Shown in pieces: positions 29,809 through 39,677 of a stretch of DNA of 64,000 nucleotides. Both the position numbers and the translations under genes were made by a program. This DNA is from Anaerohalosphaeraceae bacterium. GTDB taxonomy: Bacteria > Planctomycetota > Phycisphaerae > Sedimentisphaerales > Anaerohalosphaeraceae. A model generated the notes under the pieces. It was not told the DNA's origin, searched no databases, and saw only the letters and a program-made list of their open reading frames with translations. Positions within the stretch are counted from its first letter, which is position 1. Each line of letters begins with the position of its first letter. Location of the stretch: positions 32,001 to 96,000 of the forward strand of contig JBNRMN010000034.1 in NCBI GenBank assembly GCA_050309605.1, read 5' to 3'.

Positions 29809-32463
29809 ATGGCATCATCAATAAAATCGTCGGATAAGGAACCAACTAAGATGCACACCGTCAGGACATTTACGGTCAAGCCCTCGCTGCCGGAACCGTT
29901 GAAGGAGTTGTATGTTGTTGCAGGGAATCTGTACTGGTCGTGGCACTATGAAATCACGGAGCTGTTTCGCCGCGTCGATTACGACCTGTGGAAACAATGC
30001 GCTCATAATCCGATTCGTATGCTCGGCATGGCTTCGCAGGCCCGTTTGGAAGATTTGTCTCACAATGAAGGATTTTTATATCAATTGCGTCAAGCGCGCC
30101 AGAAGCTTGAAGAGACGCTTAATGCGCCGTCCTGGTTTGACAAGATCTACGCCCGTGAAGAGGCACGTCCGACCATTGCTTATTTCAGTGCCGAATTCGG
30201 CATTCACGAATGTCTGCCGATTTATTCGGGCGGCCTGGGAATTTTAGCGGGCGATCACCTCAAAAGCGCATCCGATCTGGGCGTTCCGCTGGTCGGTATT
30301 GGACTGCTGTATCAGAAAGGGTACTTTCGCCAATATCTTAACACGGACGGCTGGCAGCAGGAACATTATATTGAAAACGATTTTCACAATATGCCGCTTG
30401 AGTTGGTCCGAAAAGAAAGCGGCCACCCGCTGATCGTCAACATCCAGTTTCCCGGCCGCACGGTATCCGCTCAAGTCTGGAAAGTCATGGTCGGCCGCAC
30501 ACCGCTGTACCTGCTGGATACGAATCTGCCGAGCAATTCGACATTCGACCGGACAATTACCCAGACGCTGTACGGCGGCGATGCGGAAATGCGAATTTGT
30601 CAGGAAATCGTGCTGGGCATCGGCGGTTTGAAGGCCCTGTATGCAATGAACCTGGAGCCGACGGTGTGCCATATGAACGAAGGACACGCTGCGTTTATGG
30701 CGCTGGAGCGTGTTCGTCGGATTCGCAGCCGCTATAAGATGACCTACGAGGAAGCGTTCGAGGCGGCCAAGGCCAGCAATGTCTTTACCGTACACACGCC
30801 GGTGGCCGCCGGCAACGACGAGTTCCCCGTTGAGATGATGGACAAATACTTCGGCCATTACTACGGCAAACTCGGATTGAATCGCGAGCAGTTTCTGGCC
30901 CTGGGGCGCGTCCATCCGGACAACCCCGCCGAATCCTTCAAGATGCCTGTCTTGGCCATTCGCACCAGCGCCTATCGCAACGGCGTCAGCCAGCTTCACG
31001 GCGAGGTGTCCCGGACGATTTGGTCCGGCCTGTGGCGTGAACTGCCGACCGAAGAGGTGCCGATCAACGCCATCACCAACGGTGTTCACGCCAAGACGTG
31101 GCTCAGCGCCGAAGTCAACTTACTGCTCGAACGGTATCTCGGCGCTCGCTGGAGCGAAGAGATTGTTGATAAATCCATCTGGCACAACATCGACCAGATT
31201 CCGGATGAAGAATTGTGGCGGATTCATCAGCGCTGCAAAGAGCGGCTGGTCGGTTTCGCACGATCCCGACTCAAACGGCAGCTTCAACGGCGAGGCGCGT
31301 TCCATACCGAGCTGAGCTGGGCCGAGGAAGTGCTCGATCCCGAAGCGCTGACCATCGGTTTTGCCCGCCGGTTTGCTACCTATAAACGCGGCAATCTGCT
31401 GCTGCGTGAGCCGGAACGCTTGATTAAACTGCTCAACAACAGTGAGACGCCGGTCCAGTTTATCTTCGCCGGCAAGGCGCACCCGCGCGACACGGCGGGC
31501 AAGGAAATCGTGCGTCAATTGGTGCACTTTGCCACCGAGCATCCTGAAATTCGTCGGCGGCTGCTGTTCCTCGAAGATTATGACATTGATATTGCCCGGT
31601 ATATGGTGCAGGGCGTTGATGTGTGGCTGAACAACCCGCGTCGCCCGATGGAAGCCAGCGGCACCAGCGGAATGAAAGCCGCCCTGAACGGCGTGCTGAA
31701 TATGAGTACGCTGGACGGCTGGTGGTGTGAAGGCTACATTCCGGACGGCGGCTGGATCATCGGGGCCGGCGAGGAATACGACGATCTGTCCTATCAGGAT
31801 CAGGTTGAATCGCAGGCGATATTCAATCTGCTTGAGCAGGAAGTCGTGCCGCTGTATTTTGCCCAGTCCAAAGACCGACTGCCGCGGCGGTGGATACGCC
31901 GGATGAAAAACACGATCAAGTGGTGCGCTCCGCGGTTTAATACCAGCCGGATGGTCGCCGAATACACGCGCAAATTTTATACCATGGCCGACAGCAAGTG
32001 GCGCGAACTGACAGCCGATGACAGCGCTCGTGTTCGTGAGTTGGCGGCCTGGAAGAATTCGGTCCGCCACGCCTGGTCGGACCTGGACATTCAAAATGTG
32101 GAAGTCCAGACCCGCGACGGCGAAGTTTTTGCTCACTGGAACGGCCGTCATCCTGAGTTGCAGGTGGGTTCGGAAATCAAGGTGAATGCCAAAGTGCGGC
32201 TTGGCCGGCTCAATCCCGACGATGTGTCCGTTCAGATTTTCCACGGTGCGGTGGATTCGTCGGGACACATTGAAAATCCACAGATTGCCGAGATGCAGTT
32301 TTTGGAAGGCTCGCTGGACGAGACCAAAACCGCCTCGTTTGTCGGTTCCATTCCCTGCCACAGTTCGGGCAAGCATGGTTTTTCACTGCGCGTCTTGCCG
32401 CGGCACAAAGATTTGGTCGAACCGTATGAGCACGGGCTGATTTTGTGGGAATCCTCCAATTAG
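29809..32463 (+). CDS. glgP: Alpha-glucan (glycogen) phosphorylase
   Basis: AYFSAEFG, YSGGLGILAGDHLKSASDLG, HMNEGH, GFARRFATYKR, EASGTSGMK (PLP Lys), STLDGWW; start uncertain (29779-29851). Confidence 0.95.
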   Translation: MASSIKSSDKEPTKMHTVRTFTVKPSLPEPLKELYVVAGNLYWSWHYEITELFRRVDYDLWKQCAHNPIRMLGMASQARLEDLSHNEGFLYQLRQARQKLEETLNAPSWFDKIYAREEARPTIAYFSAEFGIHECLPIYSGGLGILAGDHLKSASDLGVPLVGIGLLYQKGYFRQYLNTDGWQQEHYIENDFHNMPLELVRKESGHPLIVNIQFPGRTVSAQVWKVMVGRTPLYLLDTNLPSNSTFDRTITQTLYGGDAEMRICQEIVLGIGGLKALYAMNLEPTVCHMNEGHAAFMALERVRRIRSRYKMTYEEAFEAAKASNVFTVHTPVAAGNDEFPVEMMDKYFGHYYGKLGLNREQFLALGRVHPDNPAESFKMPVLAIRTSAYRNGVSQLHGEVSRTIWSGLWRELPTEEVPINAITNGVHAKTWLSAEVNLLLERYLGARWSEEIVDKSIWHNIDQIPDEELWRIHQRCKERLVGFARSRLKRQLQRRGAFHTELSWAEEVLDPEALTIGFARRFATYKRGNLLLREPERLIKLLNNSETPVQFIFAGKAHPRDTAGKEIVRQLVHFATEHPEIRRRLLFLEDYDIDIARYMVQGVDVWLNNPRRPMEASGTSGMKAALNGVLNMSTLDGWWCEGYIPDGGWIIGAGEEYDDLSYQDQVESQAIFNLLEQEVVPLYFAQSKDRLPRRWIRRMKNTIKWCAPRFNTSRMVAEYTRKFYTMADSKWRELTADDSARVRELAAWKNSVRHAWSDLDIQNVEVQTRDGEVFAHWNGRHPELQVGSEIKVNAKVRLGRLNPDDVSVQIFHGAVDSSGHIENPQIAEMQFLEGSLDETKTASFVGSIPCHSSGKHGFSLRVLPRHKDLVEPYEHGLILWESSN

Positions 32464-32470
32464 TCGCGAG

Positions 32471-32519
32471 GGCGCAAGACAGAGAATGGGGTGATGTTTT
32501 TCGTTCTCTGTCTTGTGTT
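32471..32519. terminator. Hairpin between convergent glgP and antiporter genes
   Basis: GCGCAAGACAGAGAAT...GTTCTCTGTCTTGTGT inverted repeat. Confidence 0.65.
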
Positions 32520-32533
32520 CGTCGTGTGCCGGT

Positions 32534-33520
32534 TCATCGGTTCAGCAGAAACAGATACGCAATATAGCCGCAATAACCGGCAAACAGCAATGCCCCCGCA
32601 GGCCGACCGATACGCCGCTGCGTAAAGGCGATCACCGCGAAAATCAGCGAGACTGTCGCCATCAGCCAATAATCTGTTCCTGCCAGCCGACTGCTGATCT
32701 CAAACGGCCTGACCAGACCGGCCGTGCCGGGTACCAGCAGGGCGTTAAAGATGTTCGAGCCGACCAGATTGCCGATAGACAGGTCGTCATGCCCTTTTAC
32801 GGAGGCAACCAGGCAGGTACTCAACTCCGGCAGCGACGTGCCGACTGCGACGATGGTCAGGCCGATAACCGCCTCCGAGATACCTGCGGCACGTCCCAGC
32901 ACCGAGGCGCTGAGCACCGTCAGATGTGCTCCGGCGGCCAGACAGCCCAGCCCCACAGCAAGCAAGATGACCGACAGCAGCAACGATCGAGGAATATGAG
33001 CTGCCGCTTGCTCGATCCGGGTTTCCAGTTCGCTTAAGACCTGGCGGTCGGCCAGTGCCCGAAGACGTTCGGAATGAACCATCAGTGCAAGGATGCCGCA
33101 AAACAAGAAAATCAACATCAAAGACTCAATCCGAGACAGACGGGTATCAAAAAAAACCAGCCACAGGGCCAATGTCGCGGCCAGCATCAAAGGCAGATCG
33201 CGCCGCAGTACGGCCCGTTGGACGACAATCGGACGTATCGCGGCGCATAACCCGGCCACAAGAGCCAGATTGGCGATATTGGAGCCATAGATGTTGCCCA
33301 CGGCGATGTCGCCGGAGCCTGACAGGGCAGCGGCAATGCTGGCGGCGACCTCAGGCGCTGAGGTGCCCATAGCCACAATCGTCAGGCCGATAATCAGCGG
33401 CGTCATTCCCAGCCGTTCAGCCAAAGCAACGGCGCCGTCCACCAGCCAGTCCGCCCCCTTGACGAGGACGGCGATGCCGACCGGCAACAGCACGATGGCC
33501 CAAAACAGCGACATTGTCAA
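32534..33520 (-). CDS. Calcium/sodium antiporter (YrbG/CaCA family)
   Basis: Two alpha repeats GLTIVAMGTSAPE...GNIYGSNIAN and GLTIVAVGTSLPE...GNLVGSNIFN. Confidence 0.93.
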   Translation of the reverse strand: MTMSLFWAIVLLPVGIAVLVKGADWLVDGAVALAERLGMTPLIIGLTIVAMGTSAPEVAASIAAALSGSGDIAVGNIYGSNIANLALVAGLCAAIRPIVVQRAVLRRDLPLMLAATLALWLVFFDTRLSRIESLMLIFLFCGILALMVHSERLRALADRQVLSELETRIEQAAAHIPRSLLLSVILLAVGLGCLAAGAHLTVLSASVLGRAAGISEAVIGLTIVAVGTSLPELSTCLVASVKGHDDLSIGNLVGSNIFNALLVPGTAGLVRPFEISSRLAGTDYWLMATVSLIFAVIAFTQRRIGRPAGALLFAGYCGYIAYLFLLNR

Positions 33521-33531
33521 AACTCCCGATT

Positions 33532-33577
33532 AAAAAAACTCCGACCGTTCGGCCGGTCCGACCGTTCGGCCGGAGTT
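33532..33577 (-). terminator. Intrinsic terminator after fabF, built from a 17-bp tandem duplication
   Basis: TCCGACCGTTCGGCCGG twice (33540-33556, 33557-33573); on the minus strand it forms a GC stem followed by T7. Confidence 0.7.
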
Positions 33578-33628
33578 CTAAGATGCGTTTAATCCAGAAA
33601 CTGTTGCAATTAAAAACTCTCGGTCGGG

Positions 33629-34873
33629 CTACACCTTTCCGATGACCAGGCTGCAATTGTGGCCGCCAAATCCCAAGGAGTTGCTCAGCACAAAGCGGAC
33701 ATTCGCCGAGCGTGCCTCTTTGGGGACATAATCCATTTTCGGGTCGCAATCCGGAGCGATTTCGTCGAGATTTGCCGTCGGATGGATAATACCCTTTTCC
33801 ACCGTTTTGCAGCAGGCGATCAATTCAATAGCGCCGCTGGCGCCGAGTGTGTGCCCGACACAGCTTTTGGTTGAGTTGACGGCCAGCTTGTAGGCATGGT
33901 CGCCGAAAACATGCTTAATGGCCAAGCACTCGGCGGCGTCGTTCAATTGCGTACTGGTTCCATGGGCATTGACATAATCGATCTTTTCAGGATCCAGTCT
34001 GGCCTGATCCAGGGCAAGCTGCATGGCTTCGGCCGCGCCGGAACCGTCCTCAAGCGGGGCGGTGATATGATAGCCGTCGCCGGTCGCCCCATAACCGAGC
34101 AGCTCGGCGTAAATCTTCGCGCCGCGTTTTTTGGCGTGTTCGTATTCCTCAATAACCAGCACGCCGGCGCCTTCCGAAAGAACAAACCCGTCGCGGTCTT
34201 TGTCAAAGGGTCGCGATGCGCAGGTCGGCTCATCGTTTCGGGTGCTCAGGGACCGCAGGGCGCAGAAGGAAGCCAACCCGATCGGGGTCAGTGCCGCCTC
34301 CGAACCGCCGGTGATACACACATCACTGCGGCCGCTCAGCACATTCCAAAACGCCTCGCCGATGGCGTGACTGGCCGAAGCACAGGCTGTCACCACGCAT
34401 AAGTTCGGTCCTTTCAGCTCGAATTGAATGGAGATACAGCCGCTGGCGGCGTTGCCCATCAGTTTCGGTACGCAAAAAGGCGAGACCTTTCGCGGGCCTT
34501 TTTTCAGCAGTCGAATGTGCTGATCCTCGATTTCCTTGATGCCGCCGATACCCGTACCGATAATCACCCCGATACGTCGGCGGTCTTCTTTGTCGAAGTC
34601 CAATCCGCTGTCCCGGACGGCCTGAATCGCTGAGGCCAGAGCCATCTGCGTAAACCGATCCATCCGCTTGCCTTCGCGCACCCCGGCGTAGTTTTCGATA
34701 TTGAATTGTTTGATTTCACCGCCGATTTTAACCGGATACTGTGCGGTATCAAACGACTCAATCACGGAAATACCGCTGCGGGCCTGACAAAGCCCCTCAA
34801 ACAGCGATTCAGCCGATTCAGCCAGCGGCGTTACACATCCCAGGCCTGTTATAACAACACGACGTTCTGTCAT
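33629..34873 (-). CDS. fabF: 3-oxoacyl-ACP synthase II
   Basis: VVITGLG, TACAS, SRPFDKDRDGFV, NAHGTST, KSCVGHTLGA, SNSLGFGGHN. Confidence 0.97.
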   Translation of the reverse strand: MTERRVVITGLGCVTPLAESAESLFEGLCQARSGISVIESFDTAQYPVKIGGEIKQFNIENYAGVREGKRMDRFTQMALASAIQAVRDSGLDFDKEDRRRIGVIIGTGIGGIKEIEDQHIRLLKKGPRKVSPFCVPKLMGNAASGCISIQFELKGPNLCVVTACASASHAIGEAFWNVLSGRSDVCITGGSEAALTPIGLASFCALRSLSTRNDEPTCASRPFDKDRDGFVLSEGAGVLVIEEYEHAKKRGAKIYAELLGYGATGDGYHITAPLEDGSGAAEAMQLALDQARLDPEKIDYVNAHGTSTQLNDAAECLAIKHVFGDHAYKLAVNSTKSCVGHTLGASGAIELIACCKTVEKGIIHPTANLDEIAPDCDPKMDYVPKEARSANVRFVLSNSLGFGGHNCSLVIGKV

Positions 34874-34888
34874 AGCGGTCCTGTGTGA

Positions 34889-35158
34889 TTATTGTTTTTC
34901 CTGCTGGCTTTTGGCAATTTCGACAATGTAGTCGATGGCGGCGCCGACGGTCTGAATCTTCTCGGCCTCTTCGTCCGGAATGCTCATATCAAACTCATCC
35001 TCGAACTCCATGACCAGCTCCACCGTATCCAATGAGTCGGCGTTCAGATCGTTGATGAACGACGTTTCGCGCGTAATCTCGGACTTGTCCACGCCCATTT
35101 GTTCGCTGACGATCTCAATGACTTTTGCCTCAATGGCTTGAACATCTACATCTGCCAC
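34889..35158 (-). CDS. acpP: Acyl carrier protein
   Basis: [20 protein letters not shown]. Confidence 0.97.
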   Translation of the reverse strand: MADVDVQAIEAKVIEIVSEQMGVDKSEITRETSFINDLNADSLDTVELVMEFEDEFDMSIPDEEAEKIQTVGAAIDYIVEIAKSQQEKQ

Positions 35159-35301
35159 TTTTATACTCCTTAAAAACGTATCCAGGTTTCTGTTTTTAAT
35201 CCGTTAAATTCCGCTAAAGTGTGATTTCACACGGGTTTCGGCGGTACTATACAGGCCGATTGAGCCGTTTTCAATCATTTTTTAACAAAAATATTGCCAA
35301 A

Positions 35302-36036
35302 TTACATAGCCATTCCGCCATCGACACAAAGCACCTGACCGGTAATATAGCCGGCTTCATCGGAGGCCAAAAAGGCCACCGCACGGGCTACTTCTTCAGG
35401 GGTGCCAAAGCGTTTGACCGGAATGACCGCCAGAGCGCCTTGTTTGACGGCATCGGGCAGGATCTCCGTCATATCGGTCATAATAAAGCCGGGGGCGATG
35501 CAATTGGCGGTGACGTTCTTTTTGCCGACTTCGCGGGCGATGGATTTGGTCATCCCGATCAATCCGGCCTTGCTGGCGGCGTAGTTGGCCGAGCCGGCCT
35601 GTCCCATTACGCCGGCCACCGAACTGATATTGATGATCCGACCGAATTTCTGCCGTACCATTGAGCGGGCCGCAACGCGCGTGGCGACAAACGCAGCCCT
35701 CAGATTGACGGCGATGACCTTATCAAAGTCGTCATCATCCATCTGAATCATCAGCTTATCGCGGGTAATACCGGCATTATTGACCAAAATACCGATGCCG
35801 CCGTGTTCATCAGCCAGACTGTCGAGTGTCTCGGTCAGTTTGTCGGTGTTTGTAATGTCCACACATCGTGTCAGCACGCTGTGGCCGGCTTCTTTCACAA
35901 TCGTTTCCAGTTCGGCCAATTGCTCGACATTCAAATCCAGCCCGGCCACCGTACGACCCTGCTTGAGCAATTCGAGCACGATGGCCCGCCCAATGCCGCG
36001 TGCGGCTCCGGTTACAACAGCTAAACGTTGCGTCAT
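35302..36036 (-). CDS. fabG: 3-oxoacyl-ACP reductase
   Basis: TGAARGIG, NNAGITRD, NYAASKAG, APGFIMTDMT, VDGGM. Confidence 0.96.
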   Translation of the reverse strand: MTQRLAVVTGAARGIGRAIVLELLKQGRTVAGLDLNVEQLAELETIVKEAGHSVLTRCVDITNTDKLTETLDSLADEHGGIGILVNNAGITRDKLMIQMDDDDFDKVIAVNLRAAFVATRVAARSMVRQKFGRIINISSVAGVMGQAGSANYAASKAGLIGMTKSIAREVGKKNVTANCIAPGFIMTDMTEILPDAVKQGALAVIPVKRFGTPEEVARAVAFLASDEAGYITGQVLCVDGGMAM

Positions 36037-36096
36037 TTTAACCTGTCCTTACTTAAATCCGATTTACCACGTCTATTAGTCTTTTAATAGATCGAT

Positions 36097-37032
36097 TTAC
36101 TTCTGTAATTGCCGCAGCGCATCCCATGTGCTGAGATTAATGATTTTGGCGCGTCGATGAATTCGTTTCATCAGTCCGGTCAGAACGCGCCCCGGCCCGA
36201 TTTCGTAAAAATCCTCAACGCCGTCGGCCAAAAGCCGCTCCATGCACTTATGCCAAAGGATCGGCTGAACGAGCTGGCGAACCAGACCGTCGCGGATGGC
36301 CTCGGCGTCGGTATAATAGTCGGCGTTGATGTTGGCGATGACCTTGGGTTCCGTTGGGGATTGAATGGGGCACTCGGCCAGTGCCTGCTTGAGCTGCTCG
36401 GCGGCCGGCGCCATCATCGAGGTATGAAACGCGCCGGCTACTGCCAGCGGGACAGCCTTCATCGCGCCGTATGACTCGGCACGCTGTTCGGCCCGCCGAC
36501 ACGCCTCGACCGTTCCACTCACGACAATTTGGCCGGGGCAGTTGAAATTGACCGGCTCCAATACTTCGCCCTGTGCCGCGTCCTGGCACAACGCCCGTAC
36601 TTTCTCCTCGTCCAGTCCGAGAATACTGACCATTGAACCGGTTGAGGCGTCCGCGGCGGCCTGCATTGCCCGGCCGCGTTCCTGGACAAGACGCAATGCG
36701 TCCTCAAAGCCCATCAGACCGGCCGCGTACAGGGCAGAATATTCGCCCATGCTCAGGCCGGCGGTTACGTCCGGTTTGAGTTCAGGATGATCCTGCTTAA
36801 GAATCTCCATCATACACGCCGTGACCACGAATATCGCCGGCTGAGAGACCGTGGTCGCGTTCAACTGCTCTTCGGGGCCGTCAAAGCACACCCCGCGCAG
36901 ATCGTAGCCGACAATGTGGTTGGCTTTCTCAAACAGCGCCGCAGCGGCAGGGGACTGCTGAACAAGGTCTTTGCCCATACCGACGACCTGAGCGCCCTGA
37001 CCCGGAAATAAAAATGCAGTTTTCATCATCAA
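36097..37032 (-). CDS. fabD: Malonyl-CoA:ACP transacylase
   Basis: FPGQGAQ, GLSMGEYSAL, NFNCPGQIV, GAFHT, EIGPG. Confidence 0.96.
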   Translation of the reverse strand: MMMKTAFLFPGQGAQVVGMGKDLVQQSPAAAALFEKANHIVGYDLRGVCFDGPEEQLNATTVSQPAIFVVTACMMEILKQDHPELKPDVTAGLSMGEYSALYAAGLMGFEDALRLVQERGRAMQAAADASTGSMVSILGLDEEKVRALCQDAAQGEVLEPVNFNCPGQIVVSGTVEACRRAEQRAESYGAMKAVPLAVAGAFHTSMMAPAAEQLKQALAECPIQSPTEPKVIANINADYYTDAEAIRDGLVRQLVQPILWHKCMERLLADGVEDFYEIGPGRVLTGLMKRIHRRAKIINLSTWDALRQLQK

Positions 37033-37065
37033 TTCAACGATTAAAACTCAAAATGAAGGTTTTGC

Positions 37066-38082
37066 CTACAATTGTATGACGTTCGCGCCCCACGTCAAAC
37101 CGCCGCCGAACGCGACCAGCAGGACGATATCACCTTGCTGGAGTTTGCCGAGACGTCGGCATTCATCCAGCGCGATAGGAATGGAAGCGGCGGACGTGTT
37201 GCCGTATTTGTCAATGTTAATAAAAATCTGTTCATCAGAAAAATTCAGCCGTTTGCCGACGGATTCAATGATGCGGGCGTTCATCTGGTGGGGGATGAAC
37301 ATCTTGATTTGATCGACATTGAGGTCGCATTTTTCAAGGCATTCCTTCACCAGTTCCACAATGCGGCGAACGGCCAATTGATAGATTTCGCGTCCCTGGA
37401 TGTTCATATAGACCATTTTCGGGTCGGCAAGCGGTTTGCTGACGGGATTGCGCGAACCGTAGGCAAGGCAATTCAGCGAGGTCCAGCCCCGTCCGTCTGA
37501 AAAGGAGGTGCTGTACATCAATCCCATCGATCCGGACTCGGCGGCCTTGACGACCACGGCGCCGGCGCCGTCACCGAACAAAATACAGCTTCCGCGGTCG
37601 CTGTAATCGGTAATTCGGCTCAGGGTTTCCGCTCCCATCACCAGTGCGGATTTATATCGTCCGGAACTGATAAATTGCTGTGCGATAGACAGGCCATAGA
37701 CGAACCCGCTGCATGCGGCCGAGAGATCAAACGCCCAGGCGTTGACCGCCCCGATCATTTCCTGTACAAAACAGGCCGTCGCCGGAAAGACCATCTCCGG
37801 CGTGATGGTGGCCGTAATAATCAGCTCGATCTCCGAGGCATCCATCCCCGCATCCGCCAGAGCGTTGCGGGACGCCTCGGCAGCCAACGTGGCGGTGGTG
37901 TCTGTGTCGTCGGCAATATGCCGGACTTTGATGCCGGTGCGCGTGGTAATCCACTCGTCGGAGGTATCCACAAAGGTCGTAAAATCTTCGTTGGTCAGTA
38001 CCTTTTGCGGAACGGACGAGCCGGTGCCCGCGATAATGGCTCGATAGCGTGCCTCCGATTGTAATGTGGGATTATTCACCAT
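37066..38082 (-). CDS. fabH: 3-oxoacyl-ACP synthase III
   Basis: DTSDEWITTRTGI, AACSGF, LFGDGAGA, PHQMN, GNTSAASIP, FGGGLTWG; true start about 38082 (the track's upstream extension overlaps plsX). Confidence 0.95.
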   Translation of the reverse strand: MVNNPTLQSEARYRAIIAGTGSSVPQKVLTNEDFTTFVDTSDEWITTRTGIKVRHIADDTDTTATLAAEASRNALADAGMDASEIELIITATITPEMVFPATACFVQEMIGAVNAWAFDLSAACSGFVYGLSIAQQFISSGRYKSALVMGAETLSRITDYSDRGSCILFGDGAGAVVVKAAESGSMGLMYSTSFSDGRGWTSLNCLAYGSRNPVSKPLADPKMVYMNIQGREIYQLAVRRIVELVKECLEKCDLNVDQIKMFIPHQMNARIIESVGKRLNFSDEQIFINIDKYGNTSAASIPIALDECRRLGKLQQGDIVLLVAFGGGLTWGANVIQL

Positions 38083-39085
38083 TGTTCGACACCGATGTTT
38101 TGGAAATTGCACTGACGATTTGCGTGTTGATTTTTTTATCATAAAACCGTTTGCAGGCGGAGATGGCGTTTTTAATGGTTCGGGCCTTGCTGGAGCCGTG
38201 GCAAATAATCGCCGTTCCGTTGACACCCAGCAGCAGTGCTCCGCCGTATTCATGGTAATCATATTTTTTGAAGATGCTCTTGGCTACAGACTTAAACCAC
38301 AGTGCCAGCAGCTTGTTGCGCGTCATCAACTCGGCCTTGATGGCCTTAAAAACCATATTGGCCATGCCCTCGGACAATTTTAGAATGACATTGCCGACGA
38401 AGCCTTCACAAATCACCACGTCGCACTTGCCCTCGAACAGATCGCGTCCTTCCAGATACCCGATATAATTCAGATTCGGATCGTTTTTCAGCAGCAGCCG
38501 CGTTTTTTTGATCAGGTCGGTTCCTTTGGCGTCTTCTTCGCCGATGTTCATCATTCCGATGCGCGGCGATTCGATGCCGAACATTTCACGTGCATAAACC
38601 CCGGCCATGATGGCATATTGGTACAAATGAATCGGCTTGCAGGCGATGTTGGCGCCGACGTCGCAAATGGTAACCGGCCCGCCATATGTCGGCAACACGA
38701 CGGCGATGCCCGGACGCGATACCCCTTCCAGCGTTCGCATTCGAATCTGACAGGCCGCGACACAAGCGCCGGTATTTCCGGCCGAAAGCACTGCGTCAAC
38801 CTGGCGGTGCGATGCAGCGTGGGCCATGACGGCAATCGAGCTTTTGGGCTTGCGCCGCAGCGATTCAATCGGCGACTCATTCATTCCAATCACATCGGGT
38901 GCCTGGAATATACGAAAGGTGTCCGCCGGCATTTTCAGCGCAATCAATTGGTCGCGGATCACGGATTCGTCGCCGACCAATACGATTTCATCGTCTTGAC
39001 CGAGGACATCCCTGCCCTGCAACGCCCCGGCGATAATTTCGCCGGGAGCATAATCGCCGCCCATAGCATCGATTGCGATGCGCAT
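38072..39085 (-). CDS. plsX: Phosphate acyltransferase PlsX
   Basis: IAIDAMGGDYAP, SAGNTGA, DVGAN, GFVGNVILK, GGALLLGVNG..HGSS. Confidence 0.96.
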   Translation of the reverse strand: MRIAIDAMGGDYAPGEIIAGALQGRDVLGQDDEIVLVGDESVIRDQLIALKMPADTFRIFQAPDVIGMNESPIESLRRKPKSSIAVMAHAASHRQVDAVLSAGNTGACVAACQIRMRTLEGVSRPGIAVVLPTYGGPVTICDVGANIACKPIHLYQYAIMAGVYAREMFGIESPRIGMMNIGEEDAKGTDLIKKTRLLLKNDPNLNYIGYLEGRDLFEGKCDVVICEGFVGNVILKLSEGMANMVFKAIKAELMTRNKLLALWFKSVAKSIFKKYDYHEYGGALLLGVNGTAIICHGSSKARTIKNAISACKRFYDKKINTQIVSAISKTSVSNNGE

Positions 39086-39087
39086 CG

Positions 39088-39276
39088 TTAACTTTCGGCC
39101 TCCTCAGCGAACTTCAGCGTAATACTGTCGTTGAGGTATCCGCACTGGCCGCAGGCTGCGTGCGGCAGCTTGGCCGAGCCGCATTGCTTGCACAGTGAAT
39201 AATTGACCGGACGCAGTGCGTGATGAGCACGACGACTGCGCGTCTTGGCGCGACTGAGTTTCTTAACCGGAAGCAT
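39088..39276 (-). CDS. rpmF: 50S ribosomal protein L32 (Zn-ribbon type)
   Basis: PVKKLSRAKTRSRR, CKQCG...PHAACGQCGY; canonical position upstream of plsX. Confidence 0.92.
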   Translation of the reverse strand: MLPVKKLSRAKTRSRRAHHALRPVNYSLCKQCGSAKLPHAACGQCGYLNDSITLKFAEEAES

Positions 39277-39473
39277 AGTTTCTGTTTACTCCACAAATTG
39301 TATAACGCGGTTATTGGTACTGTCCGTTCGTCTTAATGGGTTTATACTCCTTTTTTGCTGTACCGGACGATGTCCCCGGAACGGCCGAAAATCAAAAAAA
39401 GCCCGCCTGGAAGTCCTATTTCTATATCAGACCGGGGGCTTTCCGTAAAGCAAAAACCACATAAAAAAAAGAA

Positions 39474-39502
39474 TCTATAACGTCTCGAACCCCCGCTGTC
39501 AA
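39474..39502 (-). promoter_or_regulatory. Sigma70-type promoter of rpmF-plsX-fab operon
   Basis: Minus strand TTGACA-17nt-TATAGA. Confidence 0.65.
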
Positions 39503-39677
39503 GACAATAACGCAAAACATTCCACAAAATATGGAATTTATTTGAAAGATTCCGATTGAAAAGCCGTAAGAAATATTGTAGATTACAGACCTTTGGGACT
39601 GAGCCGCGGAGCTGATATGCAGGGTGATGACGCCGAGAAACGGATATATCGGACTTACTGAAGGGATTGTTTGAATT

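Noticed and set aside
38083..38262. N-terminal extensions in the ORF track for fabH (likewise nfeD from 41876 and the short dehydratase from 49200)
   Set aside because: They overlap upstream genes and lack family similarity; downstream ATGs fit better.
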